DNA of 64,000 bases from Eledone cirrhosa (GCA_964016885.1 OZ024742.1:79856001-79920000); one strand, 5' to 3'; positions 14,700 to 25,232 are shown, counted from the first letter of the stretch. Translations and numbers: made by a program. Notes: generated by a model from the letters alone, not told the origin.

Positions 14700-16666
14700 A
14701 TATATATATATATATATTATGAGAAATTTTAAAGATATTATGATTTAGAGATATTAATATATTAAAGTATAAAAAATATAAAATGTTAGAGCAGATAAGA
14801 TCATTTTGGAAGATTCTGTAAATTAAGTATTGAAGAATTTTTTTATATAATTAATTGTACAAACTCTATTAATCTTAGAACAGAAATATTAAGTTGTTGC
14901 AAACATCGCCAAAATTCTACATTCAGAACTATATGTAACTTATAATATACTTATAATATTCCTATTAATCTCCAAAATGATCTTATCTGCTCTAACATTT
15001 TATATTTTTAATACTTTAATATATTAATATATCTCAAAATATATATTAATATATCTTAAAAATATATTAATATATCTTAAAAATATATTAATATATCTTA
15101 AAAATATATTAATATATCTTAAACATTTCTCATAATATATATATATGTGTGTATGTATAGATATTTTTTATATATATTTATGTACTTCTACATTATGTAC
15201 TTCTATATAATTCTAATTTTAATTTTAATTTTAAATCTTTTAATTCTTTTTTCTTAATTTTTTTATTTTTCTAACGACACCCTCTAAAGATTTATTTTTC
15301 TAATGACACCCTCTAAAGTTTTATTTTCCTAATGACACCCTCTAAAGCTAATTTTTAAAGGTAGATTAATAACCATTAACTGTTTTTAGTAAATATATCC
15401 TATTCAGGATGGTGTTTAATTATTCATATTTCTTCAGAATAAATAATTAATCCCACACTTTCGATTAATAAAATATTGGAGTTATATTTCCTTCTTTCAA
15501 TCATAAAATCTGTTTATACATAACTCCGTTAATTTAATTTAATCTTATTAATTAAATTTAATTTAACCTTATAAATTGTAACTACCTATTTATTTACATA
15601 AAATCAACATCCCTAGTAACTTATATTAGGAATAAACACCTATTTATTTTATTTATTTATAAATCAACATCCCTCGTAACTCATATTATAAACAAACTAT
15701 CCTTTAAAAAGACATATGCTATTATTAAAATACATATATAGATATTTATATATTATTATAATAAGATAAATAATTCTCCATATAAATATAGATAAATGTC
15801 TGAATATATTTTTCCTAAATTTTTCCCTAAATATTTCCCTAAATTTTTCACTAAATTTTTCCCTAAATTTTTCCCTAAATTTTCCCTAAATTAAGTGGTC
15901 TTCCTTTTCCCTTTTCTTTCTTCTTTAACAATTTTAGTTTGATAATTTATATGGCTTCGTTAAATTAACAATATTCTGAAAACATTCTCAATGTTGAACA
16001 TTTTTGAACCTACAAATTATTCTAATCTCACAACTTGAAAATAAAATGTTCAACATCCTTCGTAACTCATATTTGTTTATATAAACAATCAATGCATACG
16101 CAACTTATTAAGATATATATAGATATTTATATACATATAACCTATCCTAATGTAATAAGATACAAATACTTACAACCATAATTCTTCATATAATTTTATA
16201 ACTCATAATATAGGTAACAAAAATCTTTTCCCCCAAATTAACGTTATTCTTTTCTCTTTCTCTTCTTTCCTTATCATAAATATTTAAATTTTCCATAGCG
16301 TCTAAAATAACGTTTTTTCAGCCCTTTAATATACACATCATTTGCATAATCATATTAATAATTTTAAATATCTGACTTTTCTCATCACTTCCGTTCACTT
16401 TCCAGGGATAACTTGAACCGTTAACGTATATCATCCTTGGTTATGTCAAATATTTATAAAACATTTTGTATTTTATCTGATGATAGCGTACCAAAATGTT
16501 TGGTACCCTTGAAATATATATAATAGAATAAATATGGTTTTATAAATATAGTTTCCATTTATTTTACATCAATTGAATACTTCCTCACGAAACCTGTCGA
16601 CTGCATTGAATCAGCTGTAAATATCTATATTTGTTGGATTTCCAACAAATTAAATAACTCTTATAC
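14700..16666 (+). mobile_element. AT-rich Naiad-type PLE, copy B (extreme C-terminus + long 3' region/pLTR) with 5' fold-back
   Basis: 14810-16560 aligns by eye to 9302-10840. 14700-14810 is the reverse complement of 14971-15140. Local tandem expansions at 15037-15122, 15266-15350 and 15809-15890. Confidence 0.85.
16471..16528 (+). ncRNA. Minimal type-I hammerhead ribozyme
   Basis: TTTTAT CTGATGA TAGC GTACCAAA ATG TTTGGTAC CCTT GAAA T ATAT A TA ATAGAA. 6-bp stem I, 8-bp core of stem II, AUA cleavage triplet. Confidence 0.7.
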
Positions 16667-16867
16667 ACACACACATACAAGCATACTTATATAAATATAT
16701 ATAAAGTATGATATTAGGAAAGACACGAATAACTAGGCAGGAAGAATTAGTCAGAAGGAGAAATTTATTGAGTGTTCAATCATTTTTAACATACGTTTAA
16801 AATAGAAATAGTAGGCGAACGTAGTAAACCAATATTAATAAGCAAAATAAGCAACAATAAACAACAT

Positions 16868-16988
16868 TAATAATTGCTTCTACTTTAGGAACAAGGTCAG
16901 CAATTATCCCAGTGCATTACTGGTTATCGACTCCATAGGAATGAAAGGCAAAATTAACCTCAGCGGGATTTGAACTGAGACCATAAAG
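16868..16988 (-). mobile_element. tRNA-derived SINE, 5'-truncated
   Basis: Reverse complement of the 31065 family from the B-box to the ATTATTA tail. Confidence 0.8.
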
Positions 16989-17580
16989 AGCTATAATCAA
17001 TAATAATATAAAGAAAGGAATAAAAGAATAAAAGCTGAGTTACTATAAGTATGCCATCTTCGATACCTTGAAGGACGGACAGACAGACAGGTCTCTTATT
17101 ATAGTATAGACTATATACAAGATTACATGTGTGCTAGAAAGAGCAGTAAATACGCCCCTCCAACCCTACATTCCGATATCGGAGAAAAAGTCGATGACGA
17201 GCATGTCGCCGGTCAGTTTAGTTAAAGACACATGAAAAACCTTAATTATTACCAATTTTATTTAGTGTTATTAGCGGCAAACGTACTAAAAAACTTCCTT
17301 TTTATAAGTATTATAGATAAAAGAGTTTAGATGAGTTGATAATACAAACAAATGATATTTCAAAAGGCAAATGTGATTAGTCTACAATTAGATAGGAGAA
17401 AGAAAGTTCAGAGTTTAATTTAATCGGTATAGTTCCAATCAGAGTAGCTTTACAATATCACGGAGTAGATATACAAATGAATTGAAAAGAACAGGGATTA
17501 AAATTAAATTAAATCCTTAATCGATTGACAAAGGATTCGAGTAATATATGATGTGTTGGTAAATATTAAATTTTTCCCTA

Positions 17581-17638
17581 GATTCTGATGAGATTAATGT
17601 GAATTGTCCAGTTATGTTAATGAAAACGTTCGTCAATC
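17581..17638 (+). ncRNA. Possible degenerate hammerhead ribozyme
   Basis: GATT CTGATGA G ATTAATGTGA...TTATGTTAAT GAAAAC GTTC GTC AATC. Stem I GATT/AATC and a GUC site are present, but the register at GAAA is imperfect. Confidence 0.45.
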
Positions 17639-17815
17639 AATTAATTATTTAATTTAATTTAATCAAGGTTATTTTTTTTATTCACACCTACACACACTGT
17701 CTCTCGTTGAGTTTTTACGATTTTATGCACGCACAGACACTTAGAGACACATAGAAACAGGCAGACTCACACAGATACACAGAAACACATACGTATATAT
17801 ATATATATATATATA

Positions 17816-17888
<73 letters not shown>

Positions 17889-17917
17889 CATATATATATA
17901 TACATATATATACACAC

Positions 17918-17949
<32 letters not shown>

Positions 17950-18404
17950 GTTCATTTAATTCCCTTATAAATTTTTACAACTCTGTTACGTTATACTGAA
18001 CATATGATTCCTTAATTTCCTAATTTATTCCTACACCACACGCACACAGCTACCGATCAACAATAATCTATCGAGTTTTACATCTCATGTTCCAGTTCTG
18101 TCATCTCCTTCAATATTTCATATAGTTCTTTTATCCTGTCTCTATTTTTTTTTCACTCGTTTTCTTTTATCTCTCACACATAACTCCATAGATCGAATCT
18201 CAGTTTTTTATCAGCTCGATTATATTGTATGATTGCCATACATTTTCGATTGTTATTTTCTTGTATTTTTTCCATGTTATCTTTAGAATCCATAATCATC
18301 CATCGTAGAGAATTTCAAACTTGATAAATCTCTTTCCATTTCTACATTTTATTTGCATATATATATAATCGGATTGCAACATGCAGTATTTATTAATATA
18401 GAAG

Positions 18405-18483
<79 letters not shown>

Positions 18484-18845
18484 TTTATATATGTACACAC
18501 ACATATATATATATATATTTATATATAGTAGACACGCACAGGCACAGACACACACATGCACACACACGCACACACACACACATATATATATTTATATATA
18601 TATATATATATATACGTATGTGCTTGTGTGTATGTGTGTGCGTGTGTCTGTGTCTCTGTGTCTCTGAGTGTCTGTGCGTGCATAAAGTCGTAAATACTCA
18701 AAATGCACTCAAAAGTATAGTTGAACAAGAATATAAATCAAAGAAAACGAGTGGTTGTGCTTGCGTAGTGGATTCCGAATTAATTTTGTAACGCCACCAC
18801 CCATACACATATCAACTACATCCTGCAGCATTAGCAGCATCATAA

Positions 18846-18894
<49 letters not shown>

Positions 18895-18940
18895 AAGTTA
18901 AATAAAAAGTCAAATGATTAAAATTTACCTTCGTTTATTA

Positions 18941-18993
18941 CTGCTATATATATTTCAGTGACATCCATCTTTGGCTGTGACCTCTTCAAGCAG
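18941..18993 (-). ncRNA. Minimal hammerhead ribozyme candidate in an orphan island between (TA)n tracts
   Basis: Minus strand CTGC TTGAAGA GGTCACAGCCA AAGA TGGATGTCACT GAAA T ATAT A TA GCAG. Stem I CTGC/GCAG. C3 is replaced by U. Confidence 0.55.
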
Positions 18994-19175
18994 TTTGAAT
19001 TAGTATGGTATAGACAAGTACATATGTTGTTGAGGTGTGTAATATTGTCAATACTCTGATATGCCCAGTTCCTGGTTGGGTTGTTATTTCACTGGGAGTA
19101 ACCAAACCAATTTGCGCACTTCGTTGAGTGCTCCAGACTGCATACTGAGGTGTTGGTATACAACCAACATAAACT

Positions 19176-19265
<90 letters not shown>

Positions 19266-19270
<5 letters not shown>

Positions 19271-19371
19271 CCTATATATCGTTTCTGAATAGCAAGATTC
19301 TTTATCTGAAAACGTGTGTTGAAACCGATATTGTTATACTTTGGGCAACATGACTCTCCCAAAGTATAACA

Positions 19372-19375
<4 letters not shown>
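19266..19375. repeat. PLE-tail-derived hairpin repeat, left copy
   Basis: Direct repeat of 22867-22982. Homologous to 56310-56395. 18-bp stem 19328-19345/19358-19375. Confidence 0.85.
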
Positions 19376-19433
<58 letters not shown>

Positions 19434-19500
19434 TATATATATACGTGGGAGAGTGAAAAATCGGAAAATAGACCGTTAAAACATGTTTATTTAAGATATC

Positions 19501-19540
19501 ACCTACGTACGTTTCGCCCAGTTGGGCTTCTCAAGGGCAT
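19501..19540 (-). ncRNA. Minimal hammerhead ribozyme, U3-A8 core variant (3' pLTR)
   Basis: Minus strand ATGCCC TTGAGAA GCCC AACT GGGC GAAAC GTAC GTA GGT. Perfect stem II, palindromic ACGTACGT stem III, GUA site, short stem I. Confidence 0.7.
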
Positions 19541-19789
19541 AAACAATCACAAGTGTTCCTTATATAGTTCGGAAAGAGTTTTGGGGGTTAAATCCACATC
19601 AAGATTCACTGTTCGCAAAAATATCTTGTTTTGATTTTGCAGCAGGTCAAGGGAGGTAACTTTGGCCGGTGTTAGGGCAGTCTTTCCCGGATAATTTTTG
19701 GTGTGCAGGGATTGTTTTCTGGGTGTTATTTTGCTGCGCCTGCCCGCCGGGGTGTTAAGACTTGTTGCAGGGAGATCCAGTGTGCTATT

Positions 19790-22522
19790 TCACTCTTCAT
19801 TCTTGACCCATCTAAAGAAGGATATTTTTAAGCGATGTGTAATACTTATCGCTGTTTCAGCTCTGCTGTTGATGAGCTCGTGGGGTGCAGTTATGATGTG
19901 GTAGAGCTCCATGAGGCAAAGATCGCATTTCCTCTTGAAGTTGTACGGTGCAGCCCTGTCAACAATCTCCCAGTGCGTGGAGAAGCTAATGTTTAAGTCC
20001 TTTAGTGATGTGATGTAGTCCGCGAGCGAGGTGGTGTGCCTTAGTTTTCTATTTGTGAAAGAGTGGAGATGTGTTCGAAACCTAATTTTGAACGGGCCGG
20101 AGGTGGCCCCTATATAATGTTTAACGCTATTGTGGCTAGTAATAGTGCATCTATATATAACCCTATCGGTCAAGCAGTATCCTCTAAGGGGGCACCGTCC
20201 TCTGTCGCGGCAGTTGCAATTTCTGTCGCTGTTCCGTCTATTTCCCACGATAAGGCTATCATTGTTGCTGCCTACGTTGCTAGCTGCGCTACCGCAGCTG
20301 TCGTTAGCACAATTACAACCCACAGCACGCGGGATGGTGCGATTGTTATTCCGCACGCCATGTTTTGCATGCTCCCCAGTCACTTCGCGGTCATTCTGGT
20401 TGCGGCTGCGGATGCCGTTGCCAACACTATTGGATGCTGTCAGGGAGTTGTTAAGGCCGATACAGTGATTGTCAGGTGTAGGTGCGTCTGCGTCGAGGTG
20501 CTGTGTCTTGGTGATCTTACTGTGGTTCGTTGTTCCTATGATGTCTGCTAGGTTAGGAGTAGTAGAGAAGGATATTTTTATATTGTTCCTATTAAGAATT
20601 TTTCTATACCTATGGTTGGGTGGGAAGTTCTTCTCTAAGGCTTCGAAGAATATCCGGGGTATGTTGGAGGCCACACTTCGAGAGTAGGGGGGGTGGAACC
20701 ATAGGACGTTACGGTGGCGATTGCGTGTCCTTGTACTTTTGCTACGGGTGGTTCCATCTAAGTGATCGCTCTTATGTGTGCTAATGCGCTGTCGCCCGTT
20801 CGGTGCCCCTTTCACTTTATGCTCGGGTGCACTCTTTCTACCACTTCCATGTTTATGTACACGAAGATGTTGGTTGGAAGGCGTTGGTAGTAGGCCGTCG
20901 CCTTTGTTGGTTTTGTAATAGGGGAATAGTTTGAGTAATCTACAGTATTCACCGTCGCCGGGGACGTGATCTTTGGTGCGGTTATCTATTCTATTATATC
21001 CGACTTTAACGAGGTCGCCGCGTGATCGGTTATAGGTATGGCTTACTATAACGTTAGTTTTATGAGGGGGGTGGTTTCTAGAGCTAGCGTTAGGGATGTA
21101 GGAAATTCCTCGGTTAAAGCCGGCGCTTATCAGGGCCCTATTGTAGTAATCAGCCGCTTGGTTGAAGATATCCTCATTGGCGGATAGCCTCGAGATTCTA
21201 TGTGAGATACTATAGACTATGGAGTTGAGAGTCTGCTTAGGGTGGTTGGAGGCATAATTAATATAAGAGAGGCACTCTCCAGGCTTATGGTATGGCTTGT
21301 ATAAGCCCGTACTCAACTCCAGGGTCACGTCCAGGAAGTTGACAACCCTGTGGTTGAGGTCCATAGTTACGGACAGGCCGTATGACTTAAAGAACCTGTG
21401 TATATGTTTGTTAAGGTTCTCTATCCTACGGGGGCTATGGTTCCTAACGGTAAACAGGGCGTCGTCCCTATATACACCTCCTTGTAGGGCCGGTATTTCT
21501 TCCCTAAGCTTATGTAGGAGGTATATCCCAACCAGGTCAGTTGCTTGCGCTGAGTCGCTGGACCCCATCGTGACATCGAAGTTATCAGGACGGTTGGTTC
21601 TGGTCCAGTGGGAGCCTTCGAACTGGATAATGGTTCTACGTGCCGCTAGAATTATGTCTATTCCTTTTTTGGTGAGGCTAGTGTTAGATCTAGCTAAGAT
21701 AAGTGGCTTATTTAAGAGTATGGGGGAGATAGAGGCGTAGTAGCTATCTATATCAAACTGGATGAATTTCAGGGTGGCTTTATCCGGCAACTCGGTGAAC
21801 CAATTTATGACCTGGTCGGTGTTGCCCCAGAGGCAGACCTTAGCCTTTCTATTAAGCTCGAGTAGCACTCTGTCAAGGATCACTTTACTAATCTTACCTA
21901 TATCTGATGTAGAGGGGCATATAAGTCTAATAGAGGGGCTTTCATTAAAGTCATATTTGTGATCCTTAAGAGAGAATTTAGGCGTCAGAGGGACGTACGG
22001 GTTAGTGTTCTTTTCTATTTCTAAGCGGGTGACTATATCCTTCCCTACTCTATTTATGTCATTTAAGGTACTAGAGGGTGTCTTTTTGTAGTCTTTGTGT
22101 AGTTCCTTATAGATGAATTTTTTATACTCACTCGCGTCCATCTTGTACAGCTTTTTGGTTTTGTCGAAGGTGACGAAGAGGTGCGGGTCATTCTTGATCT
22201 TAGTTATTAGTGTATCAAGGGACGTTAAGAATGGATTGCTGCATTGGTGTTTCTTTCTGAGCTTAACGTTTTTGATCATTTTCAGCAGGTCCTCTTCAAA
22301 GGAGTCTAGTAAGGTGTTGTGCGGTGGGTTTCGGTATGTTTTGAAACCATACCTCTCTTTGGGTTCAGGAAGGTTACGGGTGTTCTTATCCAGGTGGTAT
22401 GCCTTCCATCTGACTCTCCGTATAAACGAATTAGTAGCGTCTATAAGCAGTTTAAGGTAGGTTTTTCTGCTGGGTAAGGGGATACACTTGAGAGACATGG
22501 GTAACGGTTGGTTCTCCAACAT
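19790..22522 (-). CDS. PLE reverse transcriptase + C-terminal GIY-YIG endonuclease (Naiad-type), 910 aa
   Basis: N-terminal SLKCIPLP...FIRRVRWKA...YGFKT...FEEDL, DKT motif, LKDHK, IRLICP. RT motifs FDIDSYYASI, VTMGSSD, YRDD, FLDVTL, YKPYHKP, SNHP, WFHPPYS. CNCxxxxxCPLxGxC knuckle, VIY...YIG, RFRTH, CDLC. Confidence 0.95.
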   Translation of the reverse strand: MLENQPLPMSLKCIPLPSRKTYLKLLIDATNSFIRRVRWKAYHLDKNTRNLPEPKERYGFKTYRNPPHNTLLDSFEEDLLKMIKNVKLRKKHQCSNPFLTSLDTLITKIKNDPHLFVTFDKTKKLYKMDASEYKKFIYKELHKDYKKTPSSTLNDINRVGKDIVTRLEIEKNTNPYVPLTPKFSLKDHKYDFNESPSIRLICPSTSDIGKISKVILDRVLLELNRKAKVCLWGNTDQVINWFTELPDKATLKFIQFDIDSYYASISPILLNKPLILARSNTSLTKKGIDIILAARRTIIQFEGSHWTRTNRPDNFDVTMGSSDSAQATDLVGIYLLHKLREEIPALQGGVYRDDALFTVRNHSPRRIENLNKHIHRFFKSYGLSVTMDLNHRVVNFLDVTLELSTGLYKPYHKPGECLSYINYASNHPKQTLNSIVYSISHRISRLSANEDIFNQAADYYNRALISAGFNRGISYIPNASSRNHPPHKTNVIVSHTYNRSRGDLVKVGYNRIDNRTKDHVPGDGEYCRLLKLFPYYKTNKGDGLLPTPSNQHLRVHKHGSGRKSAPEHKVKGAPNGRQRISTHKSDHLDGTTRSKSTRTRNRHRNVLWFHPPYSRSVASNIPRIFFEALEKNFPPNHRYRKILNRNNIKISFSTTPNLADIIGTTNHSKITKTQHLDADAPTPDNHCIGLNNSLTASNSVGNGIRSRNQNDREVTGEHAKHGVRNNNRTIPRAVGCNCANDSCGSAASNVGSNNDSLIVGNRRNSDRNCNCRDRGRCPLRGYCLTDRVIYRCTITSHNSVKHYIGATSGPFKIRFRTHLHSFTNRKLRHTTSLADYITSLKDLNISFSTHWEIVDRAAPYNFKRKCDLCLMELYHIITAPHELINSRAETAISITHRLKISFFRWVKNEE

Positions 22523-22586
22523 AATGGCAAATAAGGTGAGATGCTCTACAAAAGGAGCACTATATAAGGAACACTTGTGATTGTTT

Positions 22587-22626
22587 ATGCCCTTGAGAAG
22601 CCCAACTGGACGAAACGTACGTAGGT
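22587..22626 (+). ncRNA. Hammerhead ribozyme copy in inverted 5' pLTR
   Basis: ATGCCC TTGAGAA GCCC AACT GGAC GAAAC GTAC GTA GGT. One stem II mismatch relative to 19501-19540. Confidence 0.6.
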
Positions 22627-22866
22627 GATATCTTAAATAAACATGTTTTAACGGTCTATTCTCCGATTTTTCACTTTCCCACGTGCTTACGCTCTGCTAA
22701 CTCTCTAGCCCACTAAATATTAACACTTCGAATATTTAATACTGCCGGCACTAGTATCGAGCACCTTTGGCATACGCAACTTGGCAAATAACTATATGTA
22801 TCACCTATCCCTCTTTTGTTTTTCTCTCTTTCTCGATACGTAAATACTATATATATATATATATAT

Positions 22867-22974
22867 ACATACCTATATATCGTTTCCGAATTTGTTTAGC
22901 AAGATTCTTTATCTGAAAACGAGTGTTGAAACCGATATTGTTATACTTTGGGCAACATGACCCTCCCAAAGTAT

Positions 22975-22982
<8 letters not shown>
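22867..22982. repeat. PLE-tail-derived hairpin repeat, right copy
   Basis: Direct repeat of 19266-19375 (3 substitutions, one 6-nt indel). Confidence 0.85.
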
Positions 22983-23047
<65 letters not shown>

Positions 23048-23127
23048 ATATATATATGTATATATATATATATAACATATATATATAACATATATATATA
23101 ACATATATATATAACATATATATATAA

Positions 23128-23337
23128 AGGAACGAGTAGGACCCCTACGGCTGAGCTCAAGTCGTTTCGACGGCTAATTCTGGACTAAAATAATTTTAGT
23201 CCAGAATTAGCCGTCGAAACGGTTTGAGCTTTAGCCGTCGGGGTCCTACTCGTTCCTATTACCCACTCTACTACCCTAAGTATTGAGTACTTTGGTGCGT
23301 TATGGTCCACCTGGTTCCTTACCGCATTTCCTTCGTT
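23128..23337 (+). mobile_element. Isolated fold-back tail of the 33047-35350 Naiad family
   Basis: 23128-23190 pairs with 23194-23257. 23195-23337 is the reverse complement of 33047-33189. Confidence 0.85.
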
Positions 23338-23469
23338 ATATATATATATATATATCTTTATATATATATATATATATAAACACACGCACACACATGTATA
23401 TATATATGTATATAAATATATATGTATGCATGTGCGTATATATATCTTTATATATATATATATACATAT

Positions 23470-24050
23470 ATGTCGGGTCACTCATGAGTGCTACTGGTAA
23501 CATGTAACCCAGTACAATCTGTCGCATGGTCGGGTCGTCGACGACTAAACCGGCAACCCCACCAAGTTTACTTGGTGAGGAAGGTGATTTTGTAAACCCT
23601 GCAGGATAAAAAACAAAACCTGATAAAGGGCGGAAGAACTCATAAGATTCAAGATCATCTAAAAGTGTGTAAATATGTATATACACATGTACATATATAT
23701 GTATATATATACATGTGTGCATGTGTATGTATATGCCCGGGGACATAGAAAAAGTCAGGCTGGACACCCTATCGCGCGATTAAACCACTGGGAGTGAAGG
23801 AACCCTAGCCTTTGTCAGGGCATACTTCTAGGAGAAGGCAACTCAGGAAACTGGGATAACTCGGATATAAAATCTGCGGCTCAGTAGTTACTGATGATGT
23901 TGATCTTTTCTTCTTTTCGGGTTATAGCTACTGTCGTTCAGAGAGTGGGATTGGCTCAGTGCACAGTCTTTCCTCACTTTAAAAAATATCTTCACGTTCA
24001 GGCATTGTACGATAGAATTAATTAATAATTATTAATAATGGTATAACGTG
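23470..24050 (+). mobile_element. Probable RTE-LINE 5'UTR-related / SINE-like repeat
   Basis: GC-richer island in TA tracts containing GGGCATACTTCTAGGAGAAGGCAACTC, which resembles a motif I recall from RTE 5'UTRs. No ORF. Confidence 0.4.
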
Positions 24051-24079
24051 CAATAGCTATACTCGATAACGAGGGGGAA

Positions 24080-24143
<64 letters not shown>

Positions 24144-24149
24144 ATATTC

Positions 24150-24695
24150 TAGGGCGGGTACATTTCCGGAGATCCATGGACGATTTCTCTCCAGCGGTCT
24201 CTGTCCCTCATTATCGCTGCCATGTCCTGCGTCTCCAACACACCATTGTCTGTCCTGAGGGCATCAACATACGTTAACCTTGGTCTTCCTCGTCCAGTGT
24301 GTCTATGTATGGGCTCCAAACAGGAGTACTGAGTGCAATGTCAACTCTGGATGTCGGTGAGCATGTCCAGCTAACCTAAGTCTCCTCTGTGTCACTTTTG
24401 AGCTGACTTTTGGGAGGCTCCCATACAGATTTGGGAGCACAGATTGGGAATACGGAAGATGATGTGTTTGAGAGGAAGGGCAACGCCTGGGCGGCGTGCC
24501 ACAGCTTGAGATCGGTGTGGAAGTCGGACCTTCGTAAAGACATGAAAATCCGCCTCTTCATTGCTGTAGTGGAGTCTGTGCTGCTGTACGGGTCTGAGAC
24601 TTGGACATGACCAAGAAACTCACTCCGATGTTGGCTGGGTGCTACACGAGAATGCTGAAGATGGCTCTGAACATTAATCAGTATAGACTGAGGAT
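24150..24695. mobile_element. RTE/RTE-X LINE 3' fragment with internal inversion
   Basis: Plus 24429-24695: [55 protein letters not shown]. Minus 24428-24170: [49 protein letters not shown]. Confidence 0.85.
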
Positions 24696-24747
24696 CTATG
24701 TATATATATATACATGTGTGTGCGTGTGTATATATGTATACATGTTT

Positions 24748-24784
<37 letters not shown>

Positions 24785-24808
24785 AACATATATATATATA
24801 TATATGTA

Positions 24809-24839
<31 letters not shown>

Positions 24840-24868
24840 TTATATATATGTATATATATATACATTAC

Positions 24869-24910
<42 letters not shown>

Positions 24911-24997
24911 ATATACTTGTGTATAATGGTAGCTATGGAGCTTCCATAGGCGGTATGCCAAAATTAGCACTCAATATTCATACAGAGTAGAGTGTCG

Positions 24998-25169
24998 ATA
25001 GTATAAAGAATGAAAAATCAGTGATGCTTCTGAACCCAGTTTATTAAACCTGCAGCCGTAGAATCAGCCAGATCCATGCAGTGATCATGTCTCGAGCTAC
25101 CTGCCGGCGAAACAATTGTAACACGCAATAAACTGGATTCAGATGCATCACTGATTTTTCGTTTTTTTA

Positions 25170-25175
<6 letters not shown>
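24998..25175. mobile_element. Mini element with about 48-bp inverted ends and a half-hammerhead
   Basis: 24998-25045 pairs with 25127-25175. GAAAC AATT GTA at 25109-25120 just before AATAAA. Confidence 0.6.

Positions 25176-25232
<57 letters not shown>

Larger units (their letters stand above)
19443..22847 (-). mobile_element. Apparently full-length Naiad-type Penelope-like retroelement with inverted pseudo-LTRs
   Basis: Uninterrupted 910-aa ORF. 126-bp inverted repeats 19443-19568 / 22559-22684 with 3 mismatches, each containing an HHR. Embedded in (TA)n on both sides. Confidence 0.93.

Noticed and set aside
15037-15890. Short tandem arrays as CRISPR-like repeats
   Set aside because: Head-to-tail 12-30-bp expansions without unique spacers, inside a PLE 3' region of a eukaryote.
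19569-19790. SECIS element in the intact Naiad 3' UTR
   Set aside because: The ORF has no in-frame UGA and I saw no AUGA/AA/GA kink-turn hairpin.
20063-20687. Antisense ORFs (162, 112, 72 aa) also open at 63311-63935
   Set aside because: Shadows of the PLE coding strand. They persist because the copies are closely related, and they have no recognisable domain.
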